64,000 bases of DNA from Bythopirellula sp. (GCA_965216565.1 OZ244170.1:3936001-4000000), one strand, 5' to 3'; numbered from the stretch's first letter, positions 30,701-39,992 are shown. Numbers and translations are program-made. Notes: generated from the sequence alone by a model not told the origin.

Positions 30701-32006
30701 CCGAGCGATCTCTGCGGAGGAAGTCTCTGAACTCTACGGTTTAGTGGGTCATTGGGAAATGAATGAGAGCACAGGTACCACGGCAGCTGACTCCACCGGC
30801 TATGCCAACGACGCCACGCTGGCAGGCGCTACATGGACCAGCGATTGTGCGGGTAACTATGCTTTAGAATTCGATGGGGCGGGTGGCATCGCTGCGACTG
30901 ATTCCGACTTCGACCCGCCACCGACGGGGACCGTCGCTTTTTGGATGCGCTCCGCTGGCAATCCAGGGGCGCGTTCCCGACCGTTCGGCAATGGTGGTGA
31001 CTGGGAGATGCGGCAAGAATCGGACGGCACCCTTTCCTTCGATATTGGTGGCGAGGGCCCCGACGTGGGAGCAGGACCTGATGCATTTATCACTAACGAG
31101 GGGCTGAGTTTTCAGAACCGCTGGTACCACGTTGTTGCAAAATTCGATGCCGATGACGATTCGTTTGAGGTCTACATCGATGGAACACTTGTCAACAGTG
31201 GCATCAACGGTAACGACATGACGGAGCAGGTGGAGAATATCCTTTCTTTTGGCACGCGGACTGGAAGCACCGAGTACTGGGAAGGAGCATTGCGTGACTT
31301 CCGCATTTACAATCGACCCATTTCCAATGAAGAGATTGGCAGACTTTCAGGGCTATTAGCCCATTGGCGGCTCAACGAGTCTTCGGGTTCCGTGGCAGAC
31401 GATGCTGGGGCACTCGACAACGATGCCACCTATGTGGCGAGCCCCACGCTAGGCGTACCCGGCCCCTACCCCGCTGCCACCGGCACGGCAGTTGCGCTCA
31501 ACGGGACCAGCCAATCGATTACCTCCGGTCAAAGTCTGCTGAGCGGTGTCTCGGAGTTCACCATCATGGGCTGGATTCGTCCGGATGACACTGCGCCTGA
31601 TAAATCGTTCTTCGGTCAGAATGGTGTGATCGAACTGGGAATCGACACTGCCACAAATCAAATCGATTTGTGGACTGCGGCTGGCGGTTCGATTAACGCA
31701 ACCGTGCAGCTGCCCTACGGTAAATGGTCGCATCTATCGGCTACCGGTAGCGGCACCGAATTGCGGCTCTACGTCAACGGTCGACAAGTTGCCTCAGGAG
31801 GTTCCTCAACCTCCAACTATGGAAGCAGTGGGAACGCATTCAAAATTGGCGAAGGGGTCCTCAACTCCACGGGCGACTATCTGCCAGCACGCGTCGACGA
31901 TGTGCGAGTTTATGGACGACTACTATGTCCGCACGATGTGAATGCGATTTACAAAGAAGGTCGTCCCAGTGGTGTGCGGATTATCGAATGGGTTGAAACG
32001 CGGTAG
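27750..32006 (+). CDS. 1418-aa secreted multidomain protein: N-terminal beta-sandwich, two right-handed beta-helix modules, three LamG-like domains
   Basis: Signal peptide; TIPAGATITSATL...PKLHITY domain; two YVRxDGxDSNxGTG...SPAIDAG...DMGxYE modules; three L(I/V/L)(G/A)HWx(L/M)NE LamG repeats; no PEP-CTERM. Confidence 0.85.
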   Translation: MPRFLLRLPTVLIVLVGCCASLQIQAATTNVTFTVSSNTDDASQDSGGTMYVSSVNSYMSRFCGYRFQNVTIPAGATITSATLQVYAYGGGTTSFSVDLLAQDADNPSTFTSSGSNISGRTGTSAQTVWSVGSSSFTDGQSITSPDFASSIQEVVDRSGWASGNALVVLTTHNSGDKGISQRDRSTSYAPKLHITYSTGGSTFYVRTDGDDSNTGTGDSTSEAWQTIDRALTSSSVGEGAIIYVRSGTYNEEIAPTRDGTSSSPIQVIADRDGSIFGGIGGNVVIQAPSGTSAFDLEFDDYIRFTGLTLQGNGTDTVFLSDCAGVVFNSCEVSSGTDGFNIAGSSTVTLSNCLIRSNSADGIGLHGGTTTVYNCTVVANGDDGIDAGNNNATVVNSIIANNGDYGFSRQSDGDGTFSNFYNLLHNNTSGNYNGASTGVGEISSDPLFVGGSDYHLQSGSPAIDAGADLSGTVDNDMDGNARPNGSSHDMGAYENTPSTDYYVRSDGSDSNSGTGPTAGEAWATVEHAAEQSIAAGSIVHVQAGTYAGAISAGVSGNSGSPIQFIADRSGTVTGWPSGEVYLQSSSGNKVVDIDGEDYLEFYGFTFDGEPGDRAIAIDDSQGIVISHCEIYGGNRGIEIDNDAEVTVLNCLIHNNNRGIEVIDGTADIWNCTIADNTVDGFELEDGTATVTNCIIANNGNAGIDYNNGTFTHTYNLVFGNSPDYEGTSASTGETSVDPEFVASDNYRIGENSPAIDAGTNASGTIDDDLAGTARPINGLWDMGCYEGPGLIGHWILNETTGTNATDSSPFGQDGTYTNGVTLNTAGPYPGDAAIAAAFDGSNDRVTLPSATHDFSNGITLAAWVKPSATPSPYASIVAFGNGSTVDDIWFGWQPGYGLEIFLTDTVSGASNTFAADYIEMQVDVWEHCVVTIDAAGDAKLYRNGVETASKNVSLPTNVTRTQNFIGHSAFGDPFPGILFDVRMYNRAISAEEVSELYGLVGHWEMNESTGTTAADSTGYANDATLAGATWTSDCAGNYALEFDGAGGIAATDSDFDPPPTGTVAFWMRSAGNPGARSRPFGNGGDWEMRQESDGTLSFDIGGEGPDVGAGPDAFITNEGLSFQNRWYHVVAKFDADDDSFEVYIDGTLVNSGINGNDMTEQVENILSFGTRTGSTEYWEGALRDFRIYNRPISNEEIGRLSGLLAHWRLNESSGSVADDAGALDNDATYVASPTLGVPGPYPAATGTAVALNGTSQSITSGQSLLSGVSEFTIMGWIRPDDTAPDKSFFGQNGVIELGIDTATNQIDLWTAAGGSINATVQLPYGKWSHLSATGSGTELRLYVNGRQVASGGSSTSNYGSSGNAFKIGEGVLNSTGDYLPARVDDVRVYGRLLCPHDVNAIYKEGRPSGVRIIEWVETR

Positions 32007-32007
32007 C

Positions 32008-32979
32008 CTACCGAATCAATTCGTGGCTTTTCAGCCAGGCCTCAAGCACCAGGGGCCAGTTGTCGACTGGCAATCCGCGTTGAAGCATGCCGAATCCGTG
32101 GCCCCCCTGCTCGTAAGCGTGGAATTCTGCTGAAACGCCGTGATTCCGTAAAGCTCTGTAGTAGCGGAGGCTGTTCTCGATATTCACCACGCCATCGTCC
32201 GCCGCATGGATCAGAAACGTGGGGGGTGTGTTATCCGATGCCCGCCGATCAGGTGACAAGTGTTCAATCAATTCCTTCTCCTGACGATCCCCCAATAGGT
32301 TGCCGCGAGACCCGCCGTGTGTCACCTCCGACTCCATCGAAATCACAGGATAAGCCAAAATTGCGAAATCGGGGCGACTGCTTTGTTTAGCGATCGCGTC
32401 TGTGGAGTCGGCATTTCCCTCGTCAGCAAGGGTCGCGGCGCATGCCGCTAAATGCCCACCTGCAGAAAAACCGAAGACACCGATGCGGTTGGTTTCCAAC
32501 TGCCACTCGTCGGCGCGGGAGCGGACGATGCGTATTGCCCGTTGAACATCCATCAATGGCACGGGATGCTCGTGAGCTCCACCGCCCTGCCGATATTTCA
32601 AAGTGAATGATGCCATGCCACGCTCGGCACACCACTTCCCGACGTCGATTCCCTCCTTGTCGAAGGAAACTCCTCCATACCCGCCGCCAGGACAGATCAC
32701 CACTGCCGAACCAATTCGGTTTCCCTCGGCAGGCAAATTCACGGTGAGTGTGGGTACGCGAGTGCCGGTGATCCAACGATTGGTAGTCCCTTCCGCCTCT
32801 CGGACTTCCACTTTCTCTGGACCCGGTATTTTGCCCTCTGAGTTTTCCTCAGGAATGGGCACCTCGCCCTCCGACCACAAGGGAATTTCCTCTGCGGCAG
32901 TAGAAGCTGCGAAAGTCATTGAATAAGCAAGAAGCAATAAGACCGCTAAACGGCAAACTGCGCCTTTTGAAAAATCCAT
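32008..32979 (-). CDS. Exported alpha/beta hydrolase (acetylxylan esterase/BD-FAE-like)
   Basis: CPGGGY oxyanion motif, GFSAGGH nucleophile elbow, HAADD, GGHGFG. Confidence 0.88.
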   Translation of the reverse strand: MDFSKGAVCRLAVLLLLAYSMTFAASTAAEEIPLWSEGEVPIPEENSEGKIPGPEKVEVREAEGTTNRWITGTRVPTLTVNLPAEGNRIGSAVVICPGGGYGGVSFDKEGIDVGKWCAERGMASFTLKYRQGGGAHEHPVPLMDVQRAIRIVRSRADEWQLETNRIGVFGFSAGGHLAACAATLADEGNADSTDAIAKQSSRPDFAILAYPVISMESEVTHGGSRGNLLGDRQEKELIEHLSPDRRASDNTPPTFLIHAADDGVVNIENSLRYYRALRNHGVSAEFHAYEQGGHGFGMLQRGLPVDNWPLVLEAWLKSHELIR

Positions 32980-33051
32980 GGAAATACTCCAGCCTGAGTT
33001 TGAACATCAGCTAATAGAATACCTAGCTCAATCGTTCATTCAAGCAGGAGT

Positions 33052-35193
33052 TCATTTCTTACGGATTCTGCCGCAACAACTTAATGCCGTGCTTAGTAAG
33101 ATCAGCAAGGTTGTCGGTTCGGGCACTGCGGTCGCCAAGGTAGGTGGAGTGCCTGCGCCTAAGTTTTGCTGCCAGACGAGAAAATCGAGGCCCGTGTAAC
33201 CGCCTGGGCCATAGCCAGCTTCCCAGGTTGCAAGGTCTTGGTGATCGACAAATCCATTGGCGTCGAAATCGCCTGGAATCGTCGCGATGGAAGCAGCCTC
33301 TAGAATGATTGAATCTGTGACTCCATCGATAAATAAATTCCAATTGAATCCCAAAGGCAGGATGGTGTTTGCAAAGTCTAAACTGGCAAAGTCGCCGAAG
33401 GTGAACAATGTGAATTGCTGCCCCACGATCGGCGTGAAATTGGGATCCAGCGAAACTTCGAGCGTGCCATCGAGGAAGATGTTACGCGAAACATCGATCA
33501 AGTCGTTGCCGCCGTCGAACAGATCGATCGCAATCGTGGCGTCTTCCAGATTAGAAAGGTCTCCCGTAACTGTGAGGAGCCCGTCAGGTTCGATCCGGCC
33601 ACCTAGATTGCGCACCACACCACTAATAGGGCCGGTGCCAACAAAGATAGTGCCATTGCCCGCGAGAGTACCTCCTTCGATGTTCACCACTTGCGAATCG
33701 AGCGTACCGTTGTTGAGCCAAACTTCGCCGTCTGCTTCAATCAAAGTTTCGCCAAATGTGGTAAGTGTGGCTCCGGCAGTCACTTCGACTGTCATTCGTG
33801 CCCCGGGATCGCCAGAGACTGCAAGTTGAAATATCGTGGAATTAATGACCACCGTAGCATTTTGGTCGCTACCCGATACGTTCCGAGCTTCTGCAATCCA
33901 AAGAGAACCGGGTGACCCGGGCGTAGTCCAGTTGACGCCCGTTGCCCAGTTGCCAATTGCCGAAGTGGTCGACCACTGATGCTTTTCCGTCACTGGATCG
34001 CTGATGTAGAGTGCCGGGCCGTTGGAGCTGGGGACTGTTGCCGCCGGAGCCGCGTCGATCACAATGTCTCGCCCCGCAAACACGTGCATACCGATGATGG
34101 CGTCGATGATATTGGCGGGACTAATAGGGTCGGGGACATTCAGTACCACCACGGGCACGTTTTCTAAAGTAAGCGAACCGCCGACGGCATCGATTTCCAT
34201 TTCCTCGACATAGTATCCCGGTACACCACCGGCCACGCCGCCCGCTCCTTCGACCTCGACCAGAAAATCTGGCTCATCCAGTCCCACATCGATTCCCATA
34301 TCGAGAGCTGTGAACTCAGAGACGACAGTCACATCGGCACCCGTATCGAAAAGAAACTCGATATTTTGAGTCGATGTGCCGTTGTTTTCGACGTCCACTT
34401 CTAAAAAGAGTCCGCCATTGGCAATCACGGTGGGAGTGGAAGGATTCTCATGCAGAGGCTCTCCGGCGAGCACATTCGCTATGTCAAACACATAAAAGGG
34501 GCCTTGCAGAAAAGAGTCGGAAGGCTCGAGGTTCAGATTCGTGTATCGGTTGATTCCCTGTTGATCTCCTTGACCAAGATCGAAGAACTCGACCTGGGGA
34601 GTGCGCATCGTACGACCCTGGTGCTGAAAAATCTGTGGCTGACTATTAAGAATCTTGACTCCATGCTGGGCAACTAGGGGAAGCCCGACAATATTTGGTA
34701 ATTCCCAATCGGAACCTGCCTCTAAGATCGAAACACTCGACTGCCCACGAAAGTCGTTGGGATCCATTTCCAAACTGGCGCCAGCGCTAACTCGGTCTCC
34801 TAAGCCAGCAGCGTAGATCCCTAGGGGATCGTCAATAGTCATGAAGATCGAACCGCCGGTGGCTCCGAAAATCTCTTGCTGATTGATACCACCAAAGCCT
34901 TCTGCCGCGACATCAAACCCGCTATTGCTGGCAGCAGACTGGGTAATAATGTGAACCGCAGCGCCTGAGTCGAGCAAAGCAATATCGTGGAAACCTGAAC
35001 CCAAGGGAGTTCCAACCTGCGTGGTTTGTGGGTCGGCAACAAAAAACTGCAGATCGTCATCTTGAGATTCGAATTCATCGGTCAAACCGATGCCTACGAA
35101 GGGAATAAAACCACCAAGCGGCACTTCATCGGCACTGCCCATGCTAGCAAAACATGCGCAGAGCATGGCTGCAACCAAAATCTTTTGGAACAT
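33052..35193 (-). CDS. PEP-CTERM protein with two retropepsin-like aspartyl-protease lobes and dockerin-like domain
   Basis: ALLDSGA...NIVGLP and FLFDTGA...AIIGMH; PGDFDANG...DFLVWQQN; VPEPT-hydrophobic-RIRKK. Confidence 0.8.
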   Translation of the reverse strand: MFQKILVAAMLCACFASMGSADEVPLGGFIPFVGIGLTDEFESQDDDLQFFVADPQTTQVGTPLGSGFHDIALLDSGAAVHIITQSAASNSGFDVAAEGFGGINQQEIFGATGGSIFMTIDDPLGIYAAGLGDRVSAGASLEMDPNDFRGQSSVSILEAGSDWELPNIVGLPLVAQHGVKILNSQPQIFQHQGRTMRTPQVEFFDLGQGDQQGINRYTNLNLEPSDSFLQGPFYVFDIANVLAGEPLHENPSTPTVIANGGLFLEVDVENNGTSTQNIEFLFDTGADVTVVSEFTALDMGIDVGLDEPDFLVEVEGAGGVAGGVPGYYVEEMEIDAVGGSLTLENVPVVVLNVPDPISPANIIDAIIGMHVFAGRDIVIDAAPAATVPSSNGPALYISDPVTEKHQWSTTSAIGNWATGVNWTTPGSPGSLWIAEARNVSGSDQNATVVINSTIFQLAVSGDPGARMTVEVTAGATLTTFGETLIEADGEVWLNNGTLDSQVVNIEGGTLAGNGTIFVGTGPISGVVRNLGGRIEPDGLLTVTGDLSNLEDATIAIDLFDGGNDLIDVSRNIFLDGTLEVSLDPNFTPIVGQQFTLFTFGDFASLDFANTILPLGFNWNLFIDGVTDSIILEAASIATIPGDFDANGFVDHQDLATWEAGYGPGGYTGLDFLVWQQNLGAGTPPTLATAVPEPTTLLILLSTALSCCGRIRKK

Positions 35194-35517
35194 ATAGTTA
35201 GTCCTAGTACAAAGTGAGTGCCGCAATCACGGCCTATGAAATAGAAAGGTATACAAGTATTAATTCACGCACCTGATGTGCGCTAGGGTATCGAAACTAA
35301 TCGCGCCGCTCTCAGAGGACGCACACAGCAACTTTTAGTAAGCCACTGCCACACGGACCACAGAGCGTGGTCCAGAGAAGCCCTTCTATATTCCAAGGAG
35401 CCTAAAACCCCATGCTCCTAGGGTCTAAGCTACGCCGACGCTCAGTTCATGTCAAGTTGGGCAAGTTTTCCATCGCACCACCAGAGCTACAAAACCCTAG
35501 TTTGTGAAAGATCGGAA

Positions 35518-35757
35518 TCACTTTGTGCGGGAAATACTTTCGATCATTCCTTGCCACAGCACTACCGCCGTCACCAGGCTCGGCAACAAGAAGGGGAACA
35601 TCACCAGCAGAGTGGTCAATGTCCAACTTGGATTGTGCCAAGCATCAGCGCAAATCGCGGCGACAATCGGCACACTGAAAGAGGCGTAGGCCATCACCCC
35701 TAGCAGAGTTGCTAGCGAGAAGCGCGGGCGGTGCTGCGTTTTGTTGCGAATCTCCAT
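35518..35757 (-). CDS. Small membrane protein with RPRFSLATLL leader
   Basis: 79 aa, two hydrophobic helices. Confidence 0.55.
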   Translation of the reverse strand: MEIRNKTQHRPRFSLATLLGVMAYASFSVPIVAAICADAWHNPSWTLTTLLVMFPFLLPSLVTAVVLWQGMIESISRTK

Positions 35758-35951
35758 ACGACTCTTTCAAGAGAGTGAGTGCCCTATCTTCTTTATAGGA
35801 CCAATCTTACATGTTCTTGTTAAAAACGTTCGCCAAAGTGTTGGATGCCCCAGATTATCAAAACGTTCTGTGTAGGTTGCAATTCCCAGCTATTTGAGCC
35901 AAGATACGCGACTCTTCCACGGAATCCGGAACATTCTCAGGAGACAAGGTT

Positions 35952-37217
35952 ATGATTCGCTCCGCACATGCTATAGCTGTATCGTTAATTGGAATCGCTT
36001 TCAGCTTTTCCGTCTGCCATCAATTGGCTACAGCCATTGATATTACTGTTGACTATCGCTACGACAGCAACGACTTTTTTGATCCAGCAACCACCGATGG
36101 CCAGCAAGCCAGGGCTGCGTTAGAAGCAGCGGCCGCGCGCTTTAGCTCCATCATCACGACATCTCTTCTACCAGCAAACTTTAACGATGACTTTACCGAT
36201 GCACGAATTGGATTCACTCATCCTGGAGATGGAGGCGGTTGGCAAGTAAGTGGGGCCAATGGTCAAGCCTCTGATTCACTCGCAGGTGATCCCAATAACG
36301 CAGCTGACGAATATCGTGGGCCTTGGTCGCTGGCTGCAGACGAGTGGGTTCTTTATGCTGCAGGTCGCTCGTTAAGCTCTTCGGGAGTTGGTGGTACTGG
36401 AACCGGCTTGAACTTTACAAGCGTCTTTAATGATGACAGCTCTGTCCTCAATCGCGGATTCCGCACAGGTAGCAGCTTCGGCGATTTGCCTGTGTGGGGT
36501 GGAGCTATTACGTTCGATAACGATGGTGGCGTGAATTGGCACTTTGATCACACGGTTGCATCGAGTTCAGGAACGACCGATTTCTATTCTATTGCGCTGC
36601 ATGAGATTGGTCACGTATTGGGTTTGAGTACCAGTTGGAACGATTGGGAAGCCCAGATGTCAGGCAGCACCTTTGTTGGACCGAACACTCTAGCTGCCTA
36701 CAATGCGGACAACGGTACCTCGCTCACAAGCTTGAATGTTGAAGGGGGTGGAAATAATCACTGGGATGATGGCGCTTACGATTCGAAGATTTTTTCTGGA
36801 GGTAACCCTATTACGGTCGGTACTGTGGGACTAGGTAATTTGCAGGACTTGCTTATGGAGCCAATTGCCAATTTTAGCTTTCCCAATCGAAGAAGATTTG
36901 AATTAACGAACGTTGATGTCGCGGCACTCGAAGACATTGGTTGGTCAGTGATTTCACAGGCTTTCGATCCGGCTGACTTTGATACCGATGGCGATGTCGA
37001 TGGCGACGATCTGTCCACATGGGAATCGAGCTACGCGTCGAACGCTGGCGGCGACGCGAATGGCGATGGCGTTACTGATGGCGAGGATTTCCTGATCTGG
37101 CAGCAGAATTTCACGGGCAGTTCCCCTACTGGGCCACTTTCGTCAGTACCAGAGCCAGGGACTATTGCACTGGCAACCTTCGGTCTATGTGCCTTTGGCT
37201 GGCGTAGACGCAGATAA
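35952..37217 (+). CDS. PEP-CTERM zinc metalloprotease (matrixin/M8-like) with dockerin-like domain
   Basis: Signal peptide; LHEIGHVLGL, NNHW, LLMEP; DFDTDGDVDGDD repeats; VPEPG-hydrophobic-RRRR. Confidence 0.85.
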   Translation: MIRSAHAIAVSLIGIAFSFSVCHQLATAIDITVDYRYDSNDFFDPATTDGQQARAALEAAAARFSSIITTSLLPANFNDDFTDARIGFTHPGDGGGWQVSGANGQASDSLAGDPNNAADEYRGPWSLAADEWVLYAAGRSLSSSGVGGTGTGLNFTSVFNDDSSVLNRGFRTGSSFGDLPVWGGAITFDNDGGVNWHFDHTVASSSGTTDFYSIALHEIGHVLGLSTSWNDWEAQMSGSTFVGPNTLAAYNADNGTSLTSLNVEGGGNNHWDDGAYDSKIFSGGNPITVGTVGLGNLQDLLMEPIANFSFPNRRRFELTNVDVAALEDIGWSVISQAFDPADFDTDGDVDGDDLSTWESSYASNAGGDANGDGVTDGEDFLIWQQNFTGSSPTGPLSSVPEPGTIALATFGLCAFGWRRRR

Positions 37218-37616
37218 TCATCGCACCGTTATGCTTGATTCGATGAGATCCCACTTGTTGCCGTAAAGGTCAGCAAAGACGGCTACCGTTCCGTAGGATT
37301 CTTCTCTTGGCTCTTCAAGAAAAGTTACGCCGCGGGCTTTCATGTCTCGGTAGTCGTCCCAGAACGAACTGGTTTCCAGGAAGAGAAATACGCGGCCTCC
37401 TGTTTGATCGCCGACGCAGTTTCGTTGACCGGCCGAATCTGCTTTAGCCAAGAGCAGATTGCATTCTCCAATTTCGGGACCGACCCTCACCCAGCGTTTT
37501 TCGTCATTAAGCGGAGTATCTTCCAGCAGCACGAAGCCGAGCTTCTCGGTGTAGAATTCAATCGCTTCGTCGTAGTCGCGGACTAACAGGCTTAGTTGAG
37601 CAATGTGTTGAGGCAA
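37218..37616 (-). CDS. VOC/glyoxalase family protein
   Basis: LLVRDYDEAIEFYTEKLGF...EPREESYGTVAVFADLYGNKWDL; TTG start. Confidence 0.85.
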   Translation of the reverse strand: MPQHIAQLSLLVRDYDEAIEFYTEKLGFVLLEDTPLNDEKRWVRVGPEIGECNLLLAKADSAGQRNCVGDQTGGRVFLFLETSSFWDDYRDMKARGVTFLEEPREESYGTVAVFADLYGNKWDLIESSITVR

Positions 37617-37625
37617 GAGCAGCCC

Positions 37626-38900
37626 CTAAACTTCGCCTAGGACCAGCGTGATGTTCTGGCCGCCGAAACCGAAACTATTAGAGAGTACTGTGCTGCACTT
37701 ATGCTCGCGGGCCTCGTTCGGAACGTAGTCGAGGTCGCACGCAGGATCGGGTGTTTCGTAGTTGATCGTTGGGGGCACGATGTTGTGCTTGAGCGTCTTT
37801 AGGCAAACGATGGCTTCGGTCGCCCCTGCCGCGGCGATGAGGTGCCCCGTCATGCTCTTGGTGCTGGAGACGGGGATCGAATCGGCCTGGTCGCCAAACG
37901 CTTTGCGAATGGCAAGCGACTCTACTTTGTCATTGACCGTGGTACTGGTGCCGTGGGCATTGATGTAGTCGATCTGGTCGGTATTCCGCCCCGCGTCAGC
38001 GAGTGCCATTTGCAGGCAACTCGTGGCCCCCCTTCCCTCAGGATGGGTATCGGTAATTCGGAACGCGTCGGCGGTAGTGCCGTAGCCCAAGATTTCACCA
38101 TAGATTTGGGCGCCGCGTGCCTGGGCATGTTCCATGCCTTCTAACACCAACATCGAAGCACCTTCTCCCAGGACGAAACCGTTTCGATTCAAGTCGAAAG
38201 GACGCGAGGCTTTCTCGGGCTCGTCGTTTTCTTCGCTTAGTGCTGTAAGAAGATTGAAGCCAGTAACGCCGAAAGGATGGATCATGCTGTGCGCGCCGCC
38301 GGAAAGCATGACGTCCGCCTCACCGCGACGGACAATTTCGGTGGCCTCGCCAATAGCCTGGCTGCTGGCGGCACAGGCGGTCAAACAATTGACATTGGGT
38401 CCCTGGGCGTCGAACATACCCGCCAAGTACCCGGCTGGCATGTTTGGCTCCTGTTCGAGCTCTGCCTGTGGATCGAGGATCTTCATGCCCGCTTCGACGA
38501 ATGACTTAGTACTGAGCTCGCCGGTTTGGACGGCGGCTGTCATCATTTGCGAAAAGCGGTAGAAATCTTGCCCTCCTTCGCCGGCACCCAAATAAACGCC
38601 AAACTTGGTGGGTTCCACGCTGCCGAGTACGCCGGAATCATCGACGGCTTGCCGAGCAGCACCTGCAGAAAAGCAGGTGTGGCGGCTACGATCTTTCCAC
38701 ACCTCGGCATCTTCGCCAACTTCGGCAATAGACCAATCGCGAACTTCCGCCGCGATATTTGTGGGAAAGCTACTCGCATCAAATAGCGTGATGCGCCCTA
38801 CGCCGCTTTTGGCGGCAAGTAGGTTATCCCACAACTGGTCGACCGTGGTGCCCAGCGGAGTGACACATCCGATACCAGTGACGACTACACGACGTCGCAT
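37626..38900 (-). CDS. fabF: Beta-ketoacyl-ACP synthase (FabF-like)
   Basis: RRVVVTGIG, TACAAS (Cys), INAHGTST and KSMTGH (two His), SNSFGFGG. Confidence 0.9.
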   Translation of the reverse strand: MRRRVVVTGIGCVTPLGTTVDQLWDNLLAAKSGVGRITLFDASSFPTNIAAEVRDWSIAEVGEDAEVWKDRSRHTCFSAGAARQAVDDSGVLGSVEPTKFGVYLGAGEGGQDFYRFSQMMTAAVQTGELSTKSFVEAGMKILDPQAELEQEPNMPAGYLAGMFDAQGPNVNCLTACAASSQAIGEATEIVRRGEADVMLSGGAHSMIHPFGVTGFNLLTALSEENDEPEKASRPFDLNRNGFVLGEGASMLVLEGMEHAQARGAQIYGEILGYGTTADAFRITDTHPEGRGATSCLQMALADAGRNTDQIDYINAHGTSTTVNDKVESLAIRKAFGDQADSIPVSSTKSMTGHLIAAAGATEAIVCLKTLKHNIVPPTINYETPDPACDLDYVPNEAREHKCSTVLSNSFGFGGQNITLVLGEV

Positions 38901-38919
38901 GGCAATTGCTCCTTCGTGG

Positions 38920-39010
38920 AATGACCAATGCCCAAGGACCTAACAACCAAAAAGAAGATTTGGCCAAGGACGACTTTTCGCTCTTCACGGGTCATTTGTG
39001 AATTGGTCAT
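38920..39010. repeat. Palindromic heptamer-repeat intergenic element
   Basis: AATGACC-AATGCCC-AAGGACC on the left and GGTCATT-TGTGAAT-TGGTCAT on the right; ATGACCAAT pairs with ATTGGTCAT. Confidence 0.55.
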
Positions 39011-39015
39011 CATTT

Positions 39016-39558
39016 CTATGCCGGCTGTCCGTCGGCCGTCTCTACTAAGGGATAATCCTTTTCTTCCAGTGGCGAGCCGTCCTCGTGGACTCCGACTTCG
39101 AAAAGCCGTACAAGCGTAAGCCAATGACGAAGATCACGCGGCCGAAACAGCCGTTGTCCTTGAAGAGCTTCGTTGGCATCGCCCAAACGGGCAAAAAACA
39201 ACAGCGATTCAGCGTGCAGACGCTCGCCGATGTGCGCAGTAGCAGAAACGGCTGCGCCATCGTTGCGGATCGTGTCGACCCGCACCCGATAGGTGAGGGT
39301 GTCGCCCGGCCGAACCTGGCAGTGGAACTTAGCCTTGGAGAGTTTTCCGAGCACAACAAGTTCGCCAAAACCATATTTCTCACTAACCAGCAAGCCACCC
39401 GCCTGGGCCATGCCTTCGGCCACCAACGAATTGGGCATGATCGGATAACCGAGCATGTGATCGTGCATATGCTCTTCAGAGAGCGAGACATTCTTCACGG
39501 CCACGGCATGGGAGCCGCTGACGAATTCTGTGAATTGATCAATCCAGAACCAACGCAT
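39016..39558 (-). CDS. FabA/FabZ-like hot-dog dehydratase (second copy)
   Basis: MRWFWID, AVKNVS..EEHMHDH..YPIMPNSLVAEGMAQ, VRPGD. Confidence 0.8.
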   Translation of the reverse strand: MRWFWIDQFTEFVSGSHAVAVKNVSLSEEHMHDHMLGYPIMPNSLVAEGMAQAGGLLVSEKYGFGELVVLGKLSKAKFHCQVRPGDTLTYRVRVDTIRNDGAAVSATAHIGERLHAESLLFFARLGDANEALQGQRLFRPRDLRHWLTLVRLFEVGVHEDGSPLEEKDYPLVETADGQPA

Positions 39559-39596
39559 ATCTCGCAATCCTCAAAGAATAGGGTTCGTCGAACCGG

Positions 39597-39992
39597 CTAG
39601 GATTGTTGTGCCGCCAACTTGTGAGAGACAAAGCTGCACATGTCTTTCACTGTCAGCTGTTGCCCCAAATTCTGCACGGATCGATCGGACTCAAACTTGC
39701 TGAGATCGGCAAACGGCATCCGCTCTTTGAGTTGTTCAAGGCCGGCATCGTTCACTTTGCCGCCTTCAACATAGTCGGAATTGGTGAGAATATCCTCGGG
39801 AAACAATTCGCCACGTTCGATCTTAATATCAAAAGCCTTCTCCAGACGAAACACGATATCGAGAAAATCAATCGATTCGGCATCGAGATCACCCTGCAAG
39901 GTGGCTTCTGGGGTGACTTCGTCGTCGTCTACGCCGAGAGCATCGACCAAGGCTTCCTGTACTTTCGTAAAAATTTGTTCATCAGTTGGCAT
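39597..39992 (-). CDS. Extended acyl carrier protein (131 aa)
   Basis: VDALGVDDDEVTPEA..DLDAESIDFLDIVFRLEKAFDIKI, then a long insert before LTVKDM. Confidence 0.88.
   Translation of the reverse strand: MPTDEQIFTKVQEALVDALGVDDDEVTPEATLQGDLDAESIDFLDIVFRLEKAFDIKIERGELFPEDILTNSDYVEGGKVNDAGLEQLKERMPFADLSKFESDRSVQNLGQQLTVKDMCSFVSHKLAAQQS

Noticed and set aside
35227..35517. Hairpins (e.g. GGACCAC/GTGGTCC) considered as a riboswitch upstream of the aspartyl protease
   Set aside because: No recognisable riboswitch consensus; only isolated short stems.
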